This document shows, piece after piece, positions 27,587-37,605 of a stretch of 64,000 nucleotides of DNA. Origin of the DNA: an uncultured Candidatus Saccharibacteria bacterium (GTDB lineage Bacteria; Patescibacteriota; UBA1384; CAILIB01; JAUSJZ01); NCBI GenBank assembly GCA_964421635.1, contig CAYQWZ010000004.1:15652-79651 (forward strand), read 5' to 3'. Position 1 is the stretch's first letter. Each line of letters begins with the position of its first letter. Made by a program: the position numbers and the translations under genes. The notes beneath the pieces were generated by a model. The model was not told the origin of the DNA. It ran no database searches and saw only the letters and a list, made by a program, of their open reading frames with translations.

Positions 27587-28934
27587 AATTTTTTATCATA
27601 ATTTTACCCGTTACGGCGCTGGTAATAAGCGCCTGTCGGTATTCTCGCAGTTTTTCAATCTGCATTTCTACTTTTTTCATCATCCCATCAATCTTTGCAC
27701 TTTCGTGGTCAATATAGTCAGCAATCTCTTTTTGCAGTGAATAAGGTGGCAATGTGATAATCAAATTTTCAATGACACCCATGCCAATATTTTGTTGCGT
27801 TCCATATGACCATGAAAACTCTACTTGATCATGAAATAATTTACTCAACAAAGAGTAAAATAAAAATATATATTGTGATTTCTTCTCATCCGCTCTAATC
27901 AGTGCCAAAGGTGACCAAATACTAAATTCAAAATCCACCTCAACTATTGCTATATTGCCGGTAGTAGCTCCGGATTTGATAAGAAAAATATCATTTTTTT
28001 GCGGTTTACATTTTTTTGAGTATAGTTTGTGAAGTTCCTCGGAAATAAAACCTCGTCTTAAATCAAAATTAATTTTTTCATTTTTTACAGCTTCGGCAGA
28101 AATAAAATTGACACCTTCGTCCAAAATTTCCGGGGTTTCGTGCGGGCCATCTGTGATTTTTATTCCTACAACTCGTTTAAGTGGTAAAGCCTGCCACCTT
28201 TCCGGAATATCACCCAGCCAGTCAATGCCGGAGGGTTTCATTTTTGCCTTCGGATCAAGGCCTTTGGTGACGGCGTGGGTGATGAGCGCTTGGCGTTTTT
28301 CTTTGAGAAGCGCCATCATCTTTTGCTTTTTCGCCACCATCTCATCAATTTTTGCCGTCTCACGGTCGAGAAAATCTGTGATCTGTTTCTGTTCATCCTT
28401 CGGAGGAGCAAATAAAAATGACTTACTTATAAATCCAGAATTCAATCCAGGTTGTGCCGAACCCCTCATTTCTAAAAATATTTGTTCTTGCCCAATCTTC
28501 GAGATTATAAAATAATATAAATATTTTGGAGTATTTTTATTGTTTGCTCTGATAATAAAAACATGTTCATTGACCGCAGCATCTTCCAAAAACGATTTAC
28601 CAATCAAAGCTGTTTTCCCAATAGTTGCGCCATCTTTAACTAATAAAACATCATTTTCTTTTATTTTACCTTGATTCATTTGGAGATAGTATTCTCGAGA
28701 AATGTATCTTGGATTCTCCAATAGTATTTCTCCATTCCATCCAACATGCTCACCGCCAATACTTAACACGCCACCGTCAAGATTGATGGATTCTGATTCA
28801 CGACCACCGCTTTGTAGTGGCTCTATAATATTTTTCAGCCGTTTCACTTCCCACCCAGTCGGAATATCGCCCAACCAGTCAATGCCGGAGGGTTTGTACT
28901 TGGAATATGTTTTGTATTTTGTCGCGGTTGTCAT
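27579..28934 (-). CDS. hsdS: Type I restriction-modification specificity subunit (HsdS)
   Basis: Two target-recognition domains separated by duplicated conserved regions (KPSGIDWLGDIPTGW and KPSGIDWLGDIPERW), plus coiled-coil spacers. Confidence 0.85.
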   Translation of the reverse strand: MTTATKYKTYSKYKPSGIDWLGDIPTGWEVKRLKNIIEPLQSGGRESESINLDGGVLSIGGEHVGWNGEILLENPRYISREYYLQMNQGKIKENDVLLVKDGATIGKTALIGKSFLEDAAVNEHVFIIRANNKNTPKYLYYFIISKIGQEQIFLEMRGSAQPGLNSGFISKSFLFAPPKDEQKQITDFLDRETAKIDEMVAKKQKMMALLKEKRQALITHAVTKGLDPKAKMKPSGIDWLGDIPERWQALPLKRVVGIKITDGPHETPEILDEGVNFISAEAVKNEKINFDLRRGFISEELHKLYSKKCKPQKNDIFLIKSGATTGNIAIVEVDFEFSIWSPLALIRADEKKSQYIFLFYSLLSKLFHDQVEFSWSYGTQQNIGMGVIENLIITLPPYSLQKEIADYIDHESAKIDGMMKKVEMQIEKLREYRQALITSAVTGKIMIKNYE

Positions 28935-28936
28935 AA

Positions 28937-29443
28937 TTAAATATCCATTAGCATTTTGGCGATTTCATCTTCCAGTTTTTTAATATCCCCGCCAATTTCA
29001 TCAAGCGGTCGCAAGGGTTTGTATTCATAAAAATAGCGCGTAAAACTAATCTCGTAGCCTACCTTGCCGATCTTGCCGTCTTTGTGATCGCAGTATTTCT
29101 TATCTTCGCTAATCCATGCGTCCGGCACATGTGGCAGGACTTCTCGCTTGAAATATTCGGTAATATCTTCGCCAAGCGAGACATTTTCATAATCGCGTAA
29201 ATCAACATCCGATTCAGGATTGCCTTTTTTGTCGGTAATGACATCGGCTGTTTCGTCGCGTTCGGAAAGACCTTTGAGAATGGCTTTTTTGACGGGAGCG
29301 TCTAGCTTAAGATTCGCTTTTTTGAAAGCTTGCTCTAATACTTCAATAAATTTTTCTTGATTTTTATAAAGTGTGTCGCCGATAGTGGCGAGTGTTTTCT
29401 GAATAGAAATTTGCAGAGCAAAACCGGCTTTTTCTTCTTCCAA
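28937..29443 (-). CDS. HsdM C-terminal-domain-like ORF (TTG start), in frame with hsdM across a single TAA: split hsdM or pseudogene candidate
   Basis: Same reading frame as the hsdM ORF at 29483-30967, separated from it only by TAA at 29483-29485 plus 13 sense codons. It has no ATG start. The content (VGYEISFTRYFYEYKPLRPLDEIGGDI) resembles the C-terminal region of long HsdM proteins, from memory. Confidence 0.45.
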   Translation of the reverse strand: MEEEKAGFALQISIQKTLATIGDTLYKNQEKFIEVLEQAFKKANLKLDAPVKKAILKGLSERDETADVITDKKGNPESDVDLRDYENVSLGEDITEYFKREVLPHVPDAWISEDKKYCDHKDGKIGKVGYEISFTRYFYEYKPLRPLDEIGGDIKKLEDEIAKMLMDI

Positions 29444-29482
29444 TTTTTTAAGCGGATCGCGCTTCTTGCTTTTAGCAAGATT

Positions 29483-30967
29483 TTAGAAAGTGGATTCGGC
29501 TTTCAGTCTTTCTAAACGCTCGGCGCTGGCTTGAAAATTAAGTTTGAGCGGGCGCTCAACGGTAATTTTGCGATAGCCAAAAAATTCATTCGGAAAGACT
29601 TTGACGATTTTACTTTTTTCGCCGTCCAAAGTAAGTTCGGTAATTTTTTGGATTTGTTCGTCAGAAATGACATTGCGTTTGTCGCCCAAGCTCTTGCGCA
29701 TTTTTTCGTAGAGATCAACTGCATTGATGAGTTTTACTTTACCCTTGTGATGATCTTTTTTGCGATTGGTCAGGACCCAAATATAGGTATGAATACCGGT
29801 ATTATAAAAAAGCTGGTTTGGTAGAGCAATGATTGTTTCCAGCCAGTCATTTTCAATAATCCAACGGCGAATTTCGCTTTCACCGCTTCCGGCATCTCCT
29901 GTAAAGAGTGGCGAACCATTCATAACAATCGCAATACGGCTTCCGCCGTTAGATGGTTTGATTTTAGTAAGCATTGTTTGCAGGAATAGCAATTGGCCGT
30001 CGCTAATTCGCGGAAGGCCGGCGCCGAATCGACCTTGAAAGCCGAACTCCGCTTCTTTTTCAATTTCTTTTTGATCTTTTTTCCATTCCTTGCCGTAAGG
30101 CGGATTGGAAAGCATATAATCAAAGGTTTCGCCAAAGAGATGATCGTGTGAAAGAGTGGAGCCAAATTTTATATTGTCAGCATTTTCGCCTTTGATCAGT
30201 AAGTCAGATTTAGCAACGGCGAAAGTTTCCGGATTTACTTCTTGACCAAACATTTCTACTTGAGCAGTATCATTTACGCTTTCCAAAATCCATTTTTTGG
30301 CTTCGGTAAGCATGCCACCGCTTCCGCAGGCCGGATCGTAAATTGTTTTAATAATGCGTTGTTTTTTCAAAATTTCCATGTCCGGCGAAAACAACAGATT
30401 GACCATCAGGCGGATAATTTCGCGCGGAGTAAAATGTTCTCCGGGATTTTCATTTGACGCTTCGTTAAACTTGCGAATCAATTCCTCAAAAACATAACCC
30501 ATTGCCAGATTGCTCACGCAATCTGGGTGCATTTCAACTTCGCTGAATTTTTCTATGACTTGATAGGTAAGATTGGCTTCTTCGAGTTTTTTTATTTGAC
30601 TTGAAAAATCAAATTTATCAAAAATTTCTCGCATTAGAGGGCTATATGCATTAAGGTACAAATTTAGATTTTTACCAATATTTTTTGGATCGTCTAAAAG
30701 TTTTTTGAAATCGTATTGTGAAGTATTATAAAAATTGTATCCGCTGGCTTTTTTTAAAATTCCGTCCATAGCTTCCAACCTACCTTTGTATTTTTCATAC
30801 TTTACCAACACATCAGCTTTAGTGTCTTCAAGCGCGGCATCAAGACGGCGCAGGACAGTAAGTGGTAAAATAACATCCGGATATTTCGCACGCTTAAAGT
30901 CATCACGTAAAAGGTTGGCGATGCTCCAGATGAAATTGACGATTTGTTGGTGATTAATTTCATTCAT
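29483..30967 (-). CDS. hsdM: Type I restriction-modification DNA methyltransferase subunit (HsdM), N-terminal and catalytic part
   Basis: HsdM_N helical domain, AdoMet motif I (IYDPACGSGGML), catalytic motif IV NPPYG, and the downstream helical region FGYRKITVERPLKLNF. Confidence 0.9.
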   Translation of the reverse strand: MNEINHQQIVNFIWSIANLLRDDFKRAKYPDVILPLTVLRRLDAALEDTKADVLVKYEKYKGRLEAMDGILKKASGYNFYNTSQYDFKKLLDDPKNIGKNLNLYLNAYSPLMREIFDKFDFSSQIKKLEEANLTYQVIEKFSEVEMHPDCVSNLAMGYVFEELIRKFNEASNENPGEHFTPREIIRLMVNLLFSPDMEILKKQRIIKTIYDPACGSGGMLTEAKKWILESVNDTAQVEMFGQEVNPETFAVAKSDLLIKGENADNIKFGSTLSHDHLFGETFDYMLSNPPYGKEWKKDQKEIEKEAEFGFQGRFGAGLPRISDGQLLFLQTMLTKIKPSNGGSRIAIVMNGSPLFTGDAGSGESEIRRWIIENDWLETIIALPNQLFYNTGIHTYIWVLTNRKKDHHKGKVKLINAVDLYEKMRKSLGDKRNVISDEQIQKITELTLDGEKSKIVKVFPNEFFGYRKITVERPLKLNFQASAERLERLKAESTF

Positions 30968-31072
30968 ACAACAAACTACTTAAGGTTTTAATAATTTCAT
31001 AATTTCTCCATACTTGCATGTGTTAATGAATCTGCTCTACTATACCCGTTATTAACCTGTGAATCAACCTTT

Positions 31073-32860
31073 CTACCCAACAATCTCCAACAACTTCTCA
31101 ACCTCAATAACATTCTCTGTCTGGTTTCTCTTAATCTCTTCGGCGAAGTCTTTGAGGTCTTCTCGAACATTTGGTGAAGCTATTAGTTTATTGCTGGCGG
31201 CTTCTTTGTCACCCACTACTAGCACTAGCGGAACTTTGGCTAGCTTGGCCGCGCGAATCTTCTTACCAATGGTTTCGCTACTGTCATCTATCTCGACATA
31301 CAGGTTAGCTTCGTTTAATTTAGCAGCTACTTTCATAGCATAGTCTGCTACTTTATCTGAAACAGTAATAATTCTAATTTGCTCAGGCGATAGCCAGAAC
31401 GGAAACTTGCCCCCATAATGCTCAATTAGAATACTCATAAACCGCTCCACTGAACCTAAAATAGCGCGATGAATCATTATTGGTCGTTTGGCTTCCCCAT
31501 CTTTATCTATGTACTCTAGCTCAAACCGAGCTGGCATATTGGTATCGTACTGGATTGTCGCTAACTGCCACTTACGACCTAGTGCATCTGTACTGACAAA
31601 ATCTATCTTTGGCCCGTAAAAGGCTGCTTCTCCTTCGTCTTTGACAAAACTGCCTTTGGCTCGCTCTTGCAGCACTTCTTCTAATACTGCTTCTGCTTCT
31701 GCCCATTCTTCTTTATTGCCTAAATATTTGTCAGGTTCATTAGGGTCAGATAAAGATAAATGAGGATCAATCTTAATATCGAACTGTTTATAGAAAGCTT
31801 CAATAATATCGTACAAAGACATTACCTCTGCTTTCACCTGATCAGCGGTACAAAAAACATGACCATCGTCTTGGGTGAGGGCTCGCACTCTAGATAATCC
31901 TTGCAGCTCGCCGGGTTGCTCGTCACGGTAAACCGTCGTTACTTCAGAATATCTAATTGGTAAATCTTTATAGCTGCGCGGCTGGGAAGCATAAATTTGG
32001 GTGTGGTGCGGACAGTTCATTGGCTTCATTACAAACTCTGCCTTAGATTTGCCTTTGACATGAAAAAGATCGTCTTTAAATTTATCCCAATGGCCCGAAA
32101 CTTTGTACAAATCTGCTTTAGCAATGTGCGGAATAAAAACTTTATCGAACGGTCGTTTACATTTCTTGTTCTGTAATTCGTCAATAAAATTTACCAGCGC
32201 TTCACGAATGCGCGTGCCTTTAGGGGTGAACATAGGTAATCCTGACCCTACTAATTTCGAGAAAGTGAATAAGTCTAACTCTTTACCAAGCTTTCGATGA
32301 TCTCGCTTTAACGCCTCTTCTTGGCGGTTTAAATAAACTTTCAACTCTTTTTTGGTACCGAAAGCTACCCCATAAATTCTCTGCAACATCTGATTATCTT
32401 CATCGCCCCGCCAGTAAGCACCCGAAATATCTGTTAGTTTAAACGCATCTACTGGAATCTCTGAAGTATTCTGCACATGACTGCCTTTGCATAAATCTGT
32501 AAATAATTCTTTATCACCCTGTTTCGTCACATAGAAGGATAACTCTTTTTCGCCAATATGGGCGAGCTCTTCAATTAATTCCTTTTTGAAAATCTTATCG
32601 CCGCTCTTCGCCCAATCTAGCGCCTCGTTAATAGGCACATTTTTCTTTATAAACTCTAGTTTCTGGCTCACTAACTGCCGCATCTTATTTTGTATATTCT
32701 CAAGGTCCTCCGGCACTAAGGTACGCGGCAAATCGAAATCATAGTAAAAGCCATCTTCAATAGTTGGGCCAATGGCTAATTTGGCTTCTGGAAACATATC
32801 TAAAACTGCCATGGCTAAAATATGCGCAAGTGAGTGTCGAATATTCTCTATTTGTTTCAT
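31073..32860 (-). CDS. thrS: threonyl-tRNA synthetase (lacking N-terminal TGS domain)
   Basis: Editing-domain start (HSLAHILAMAV), class II motifs, the zinc ligand region and a C-terminal anticodon-binding domain. 595 aa. Confidence 0.95.
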   Translation of the reverse strand: MKQIENIRHSLAHILAMAVLDMFPEAKLAIGPTIEDGFYYDFDLPRTLVPEDLENIQNKMRQLVSQKLEFIKKNVPINEALDWAKSGDKIFKKELIEELAHIGEKELSFYVTKQGDKELFTDLCKGSHVQNTSEIPVDAFKLTDISGAYWRGDEDNQMLQRIYGVAFGTKKELKVYLNRQEEALKRDHRKLGKELDLFTFSKLVGSGLPMFTPKGTRIREALVNFIDELQNKKCKRPFDKVFIPHIAKADLYKVSGHWDKFKDDLFHVKGKSKAEFVMKPMNCPHHTQIYASQPRSYKDLPIRYSEVTTVYRDEQPGELQGLSRVRALTQDDGHVFCTADQVKAEVMSLYDIIEAFYKQFDIKIDPHLSLSDPNEPDKYLGNKEEWAEAEAVLEEVLQERAKGSFVKDEGEAAFYGPKIDFVSTDALGRKWQLATIQYDTNMPARFELEYIDKDGEAKRPIMIHRAILGSVERFMSILIEHYGGKFPFWLSPEQIRIITVSDKVADYAMKVAAKLNEANLYVEIDDSSETIGKKIRAAKLAKVPLVLVVGDKEAASNKLIASPNVREDLKDFAEEIKRNQTENVIEVEKLLEIVG

Positions 32861-33036
32861 GATATATCTTTACTTATAAAAAAATGCCCATTATTTGCAG
32901 GACCCTTTTGGGCGGTTCCACCTGCATTCCAATGTGGCACTCTCTCGTTATTTCAGGCAACGATTCCTGTGATGCTCAGAAGTTGGTGAGTCTTCTTCAG
33001 CGCATCTTAAATTGTAATCCTATAATAACCCAAGGA
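32861..33036 (-). promoter_or_regulatory. putative T-box leader of thrS
   Basis: The minus-sense leader contains AATGCAGGTGGAACCGCCC, matching the T-box core GGTGGNACCGC of consensus AAUUAGGGUGGNACCGCG. A G+C hairpin and U-run (GCCCA...TGGGCATTTTTTT) lie 5' of the ATG. AGAGAG/GTG elements resembling stem I boxes are upstream. The 176-nt length is short for a T-box. Confidence 0.4.
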
Positions 33037-34263
33037 CTAAACCTTATCAAGTCTTGCTCGTAATTTGGTTACTTGTTTGGCTGTTTCTTTGTCGGTCACT
33101 TCGTTGGCCAAAAACTGAATCATTAACTGCGCCAGCTCTCGAGTCCAGTGCTCGTCTGCTCCTAGTGTAGTGATAGCTGCTGTTCCCAATCTTATGCCAG
33201 AAGGATTCATAGGACTATTTGTATCGTACGGAATCAAATTGGCGTTAATAATAATGCCAACCCCTTCAAGCTTCTCTTGAACTTCTTTACCATTGAGTTT
33301 TTTATGACTGACATCGATTAAAACTAAATGCGTGTCTGTACCGCCAGAAATTACAATGTATCCAGCAGTGCTAAATTCAAAAGCCATTACTTCTGCATTC
33401 TTTTTGACCTGCTTAATATATTTTTTGAACGCTGGCTTAGCTGCTTCATAAAAAGCTACTGCTTTTGCAGCTATCTGATTACCGTGCGGCCCACCCTGAA
33501 TACCGGGGAACACTGCCTTGTTAATAACTTGGGCGATATCTTTTTTAGCTAAAATTATTGCTCCGCGTGGACCCCGTAATGTTTTATGAGTTGTAGTCAT
33601 TACTACATCGGCAAACGGAATGGCATTCTGATGCTCCCCTGCCACTATTAAACCTGCAATATGAGAAATATCGGCCAGCAATTTTGCGCCAACACTTTTG
33701 GCAATTTGGCCGAAGCGTTCAAAATCAATTTCACGCGGATAAGCAGAAGCGCCCGCAATAATTAGCTTTGGCTTCTCTTTTTTAGCAATCTCTTCAACTT
33801 CACGATAATTAATTTTATCGGAGTATTTGTTCACTTCGTAATAGCAGATATTGTACAGCTGCCCAGCTAATGACATTTTGTGCCCGTGCGACAAATGCCC
33901 GCCGGAATCTAGCTTCATAGCCAATATCTTGTCATTTGGTTTTAGTAGCGCCGAGTAGATTGCCAAGTTGGCTGGAGAGCCCGAAAGAGGTTGAACATTC
34001 ACTTCCCAATTAGACTGATATTTTTTAGGAACAAATAAATTAAGAGCTCTGCTCTGCGCCAAAGCTTCAATTTCGTCAAAGTTCTTGTTTCCCGCATAGT
34101 AACGCTTGCCAACTGAGCCTTCTGCATATTTATTAATTAAGCTCGACGCCTGCGCCGAAATGACATCTTGCGAAACAATATTTTCGGATGCAATTAAAGG
34201 AATCTGCGCATTAATACGCGCGTCTTCATTTTTAATAATCTGTTCGACTTTTTTATCTTTCAT
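33037..34263 (-). CDS. glyA: serine hydroxymethyltransferase
   Basis: PLP-lysine region VVMTTTHKTLRGPRGA plus N-terminal folate-binding motifs. 408 aa. Confidence 0.95.
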   Translation of the reverse strand: MKDKKVEQIIKNEDARINAQIPLIASENIVSQDVISAQASSLINKYAEGSVGKRYYAGNKNFDEIEALAQSRALNLFVPKKYQSNWEVNVQPLSGSPANLAIYSALLKPNDKILAMKLDSGGHLSHGHKMSLAGQLYNICYYEVNKYSDKINYREVEEIAKKEKPKLIIAGASAYPREIDFERFGQIAKSVGAKLLADISHIAGLIVAGEHQNAIPFADVVMTTTHKTLRGPRGAIILAKKDIAQVINKAVFPGIQGGPHGNQIAAKAVAFYEAAKPAFKKYIKQVKKNAEVMAFEFSTAGYIVISGGTDTHLVLIDVSHKKLNGKEVQEKLEGVGIIINANLIPYDTNSPMNPSGIRLGTAAITTLGADEHWTRELAQLMIQFLANEVTDKETAKQVTKLRARLDKV

Positions 34264-35054
34264 TTTTTGACGGCCTCTACCACATTCCGCATCAGCAAAC
34301 TGATTGTTAACGGCCCAACCCCACCTTTTTGGGGAGTCATTGCTTCAGCGTATCCTTCGAGTTTTTTATGATTTATCTCATTACCGGCTGCAATTATTGT
34401 CGCACCTTCTTGTACAAATTTGTCATCTAAAAAAGGATTGGCGCAATTTGTTCCACAGATAATCACCTGACTGTTGAAAATCTTTTTGTTTAAATTTTTG
34501 TCCTTGTCGTCTGTGACAGCAATTTTGATTTTTTCTTTTTGCGCTAATTTTTTTATTGGTTGGCCGACTAGTAGCCCTTTGCCGATTACGGTTGCCCCAT
34601 TAATTTGTACTTTGTGCTCATGACAAAGCTGCATAATAGCATCGGCTGTGGTAGGTAGAAATCCTTTTTTGCCGTCGTATCCAAACCCATCAACATCCTT
34701 TTTGATATCTATTTTAGCAGCTAATTTCTTTACTTCTGCAAGGCTCCACTTTTTGGGCAACGGCAGCTGCATAATTATTCCGTGGATTTCGTCATCCTTA
34801 TTTAAAAACTCAATTGCTGTCTCAATCTCTTTTTTGTCGGCAATGGCGGGAATGTTGTAGACGCTAAAAATTATGCCTAACTCCTTGGCTCTTTTTTTCT
34901 TCAGCTTTATGAATAGAGAATCAATTTTTGAGCCAACCACAATTACTGCCAAATGCGGATTAATCCCTTTCTTCAGCAATCCTAAAACAGTTTTCATTGT
35001 CTGGTCGTCAATCTGTCTAACCAAATTGTCAGATCTAATTTCAGTTGTTTTCAC
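34260..35054 (-). CDS. folD: bifunctional methylenetetrahydrofolate dehydrogenase/cyclohydrolase
   Basis: Motifs LAVIVVGSKIDS, HGIIMQLPLP and GATVIGKGLLVGQP. It overlaps glyA by 4 nt. Confidence 0.9.
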   Translation of the reverse strand: MKTTEIRSDNLVRQIDDQTMKTVLGLLKKGINPHLAVIVVGSKIDSLFIKLKKKRAKELGIIFSVYNIPAIADKKEIETAIEFLNKDDEIHGIIMQLPLPKKWSLAEVKKLAAKIDIKKDVDGFGYDGKKGFLPTTADAIMQLCHEHKVQINGATVIGKGLLVGQPIKKLAQKEKIKIAVTDDKDKNLNKKIFNSQVIICGTNCANPFLDDKFVQEGATIIAAGNEINHKKLEGYAEAMTPQKGGVGPLTISLLMRNVVEAVKK

Positions 35055-35205
35055 CTGTCTATATATATCATCTTTTTGTCCTTCTGTTAACCCCCTATTG
35101 CTAAAAACACCCCAGATTGGTACTGTTTAATTGATTGAAGGTAGGTTTTTGTTTATTTTGGGTCATAGAAACCTTATTGTTTAGAAGACAATCTATGATT
35201 GGCTT

Positions 35206-35225
35206 CCTGCCTGCCGGCAGGCAGG
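35206..35225. repeat. perfect 20-bp GC palindrome CCTGCCTGCCGGCAGGCAGG, copy 1 of 3
   Basis: Self-complementary 20-mer in the folD / tRNA-Val intergenic region. Near-identical copies occur at 47095-47114 and 47169-47189. Confidence 0.7.
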
Positions 35226-35304
35226 CGTAAGGAGGAGACTCACGAAGTGAGGCTCTGGGAATTTGTGCCCGACGCAAAATGAACAAAAATCTACTTTTAA
35301 CAAT

Positions 35305-35381
35305 GGGTGCGTAGCTCAGCTGGTTAGAGCGTCTGCTTGACATGCAGGAGGTCAGAGGTTCAAGTCCTCTCGTACCCACCA
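35305..35381 (+). tRNA. tRNA-Val (anticodon GAC)
   Basis: Acceptor GGGTGCG/CGTACCC, D-arm GCTCAGCTGGTTAGAGC, anticodon loop TTGACAT, T-arm GAGGTTCAAGTCCTC, and CCA encoded. Confidence 0.85.
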
Positions 35382-37600
35382 AAATCAAACTGTAATTTAT
35401 CTCCTTTGTCTTTGGTTACACTAACCGTCATTTTCTGGTTTTCTTCCTCCTCCGTTTTTTGCTCTATTAATTTCGAGGCTAACTGATCTAAAATTTTCTC
35501 TTGAATAACGCGCTTTATTGGTCGTGCACCGAATAACGGGTCAAAGCCAATTTTTACAATCCAGTCGATAACTTTGTCGTCTACGCTTAATTTTATTTTC
35601 TTTGGCTTTAAGCGCTGCTGCACTTCTTTTATTTGCAACTTAGTAATCTCTTTTATTTCTGCTTTTGATAAAGGATTAAAAACAATTATGTGATCAACTC
35701 GATTAATAAACTCTGGCTTAAACTCTTTCTTTAATTGGTCTAATACTTTCTTTTTTGTGTCATTAAACTCTTTCTTCTCTTTACTATCGGCGCCGTCTGA
35801 AAATCCTATCGCTTGAGCGTTCAGCGCTTCTGTACCAATATTTGAAGTCATAATAATAATGGTATTTTTGAAGTTAACCACTCGCCCTTTTGCATCTGTT
35901 AGCCGGCCATCGTCAAGCACTTGTAGTAACACATTGAAAACATCTGGAGATGCTTTCTCAATCTCATCGAACAGAACTACACTGTATGGCTTTCGGCGAA
36001 CCTTCTCTGTTAACTGCCCACCCTCTTCGTAACCAATGTAGCCCGGAGGAGCACCGACTAACTTGGCTGCTGAATGCCGCTCCATATATTCGCTCATATC
36101 TACTCGAATAATTGCTTCCTCGTCATCGAACAGCTGTCTGGCAATAGTCTTGGCTAATTCAGTTTTACCAACTCCCGTTGGTCCTAAAAAGATAAATGAA
36201 CCAATTGGTCTTTGCTCTTCGTTTACACCTGCTCGCGACCGACGGATGGCGTTGGCTACCGCCGCTATAGCATCAGCCTGCCCAACAACATCTGCCGATA
36301 ATTCGTCTTCAAGATTAATTAATTTCTCAGCTTCTGAGGCCAACATGCGTTTAACGGGCACTCCCGTCCATTTAGAAACAACGGATGCAATATCTTCTTC
36401 TGTAATTTCTTCTTTCAGCAGTTTTGAGTCTTGAGGAATTTTTCGCAAAAATTTGCTCTGCTCTTCGAGCTGATCTTTCAAACTTGGAATCTTCTGATAT
36501 TTCAGCTGAGCCACTTTGGCTAAATCTCCTTCACGCTCTAATCGCTCAATGCTAGCCCGCGCTTGGTCAAGCTCAGATTTGAACTCCCGAATTTTACTGA
36601 TCACTTCTCGCTCTGCTTTCCACTGCGTTTCAATTGGCTCAATCTCTTCTTTTAACACAGCCACTTCTTTTACTAATTCCGCTCGTCGTTCTCGGCTTTC
36701 CGCATCCTTCTCTTTAGATAGGGCCTCTTGCTCAATTTCTAACTGCAATAATTTTCTTTTTAAGTTATATAAATTTTCAGGCTCGCTCTCGATGTCAATT
36801 CTCAAACCAGATGTTGCCTCGTCAATTAAATCGACTGCTTTGTCAGGTAAAAATCGGTCTGAAATATATCTGTTGGAAAGTTCCGCGGCAGCTACAATGG
36901 CTGAATCTGAAATACGAACTCCTTGGTGAAGCTCATACTTTTCTTTTAATCCACGAAGGATGGCAATAGTGTCGTCAACCGTTGGCTCTAAAACCTTGAC
37001 CGGCTGAAAGCGGCGCTCAAGGGCGGTATCTTTCTCAATGTGTTTCTGATATTCCTTAAGCGTGGTGGCGCCAATCATTCTTAACTGCCCTCTAGCCAAA
37101 AATGGCTTTAACATGTTAGCGGCATCTAAACTGCCTTCTTGAGCGCCCGCCCCAATTAAGGTGTGTAGTTCATCTAAAAACATTATGTAGCGCTCCGGCT
37201 CCGCCGTAATCTCTTTCAAAATAGCTTTAATGCGAGCTTCAAATTCGCCGCGAAAAGCACTGCCCGCCATAATTGAGCCCAAATCTAGGGCGACAATTGA
37301 TTTATTCTTTAGCATATCTGGTACATCTCCAGCCACAATTCTCTGGGCCAATCCTTCTACTATGGCTGTTTTTCCAACCCCCGGCTCCCCTATTAGCACC
37401 GGATTATTTTTTGTACGACGCGAAATTACTTGCATTACTCGACGGATTTCTTCATCTCGCCCAATAACTGGGTCGAGCTCGCCATTCTTTGCTTTTTCAG
37501 TTAAATCAATGGTGAAAACATCTAGTGCGGTTTTTTGATCAACCTGAATTCCAGGTGGAAATACTCCTCCTGGTCCCATAGGTGCCCCTGGTATGTTCAT
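35360..37600 (-). CDS. clpB: ATP-dependent chaperone ClpB lacking the N-terminal domain
   Basis: Two AAA+ modules ([15 protein letters not shown] and [13 protein letters not shown]) separated by a long coiled-coil middle domain characteristic of ClpB. 746 aa, starting directly at NBD1. Confidence 0.88.
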   Translation of the reverse strand: MNIPGAPMGPGGVFPPGIQVDQKTALDVFTIDLTEKAKNGELDPVIGRDEEIRRVMQVISRRTKNNPVLIGEPGVGKTAIVEGLAQRIVAGDVPDMLKNKSIVALDLGSIMAGSAFRGEFEARIKAILKEITAEPERYIMFLDELHTLIGAGAQEGSLDAANMLKPFLARGQLRMIGATTLKEYQKHIEKDTALERRFQPVKVLEPTVDDTIAILRGLKEKYELHQGVRISDSAIVAAAELSNRYISDRFLPDKAVDLIDEATSGLRIDIESEPENLYNLKRKLLQLEIEQEALSKEKDAESRERRAELVKEVAVLKEEIEPIETQWKAEREVISKIREFKSELDQARASIERLEREGDLAKVAQLKYQKIPSLKDQLEEQSKFLRKIPQDSKLLKEEITEEDIASVVSKWTGVPVKRMLASEAEKLINLEDELSADVVGQADAIAAVANAIRRSRAGVNEEQRPIGSFIFLGPTGVGKTELAKTIARQLFDDEEAIIRVDMSEYMERHSAAKLVGAPPGYIGYEEGGQLTEKVRRKPYSVVLFDEIEKASPDVFNVLLQVLDDGRLTDAKGRVVNFKNTIIIMTSNIGTEALNAQAIGFSDGADSKEKKEFNDTKKKVLDQLKKEFKPEFINRVDHIIVFNPLSKAEIKEITKLQIKEVQQRLKPKKIKLSVDDKVIDWIVKIGFDPLFGARPIKRVIQEKILDQLASKLIEQKTEEEENQKMTVSVTKDKGDKLQFDFGGYERT

Positions 37601-37605
37601 AAAGT

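Noticed and set aside
35101-35388. 95-aa minus-strand ORF
   Set aside because: It overlaps tRNA-Val and the palindromic intergenic region, and no coding signal is evident.
36063-37538. Several 100-137-aa plus-strand ORFs inside clpB
   Set aside because: They are antisense to a strongly supported 746-aa ClpB gene and are serine-rich junk translations.
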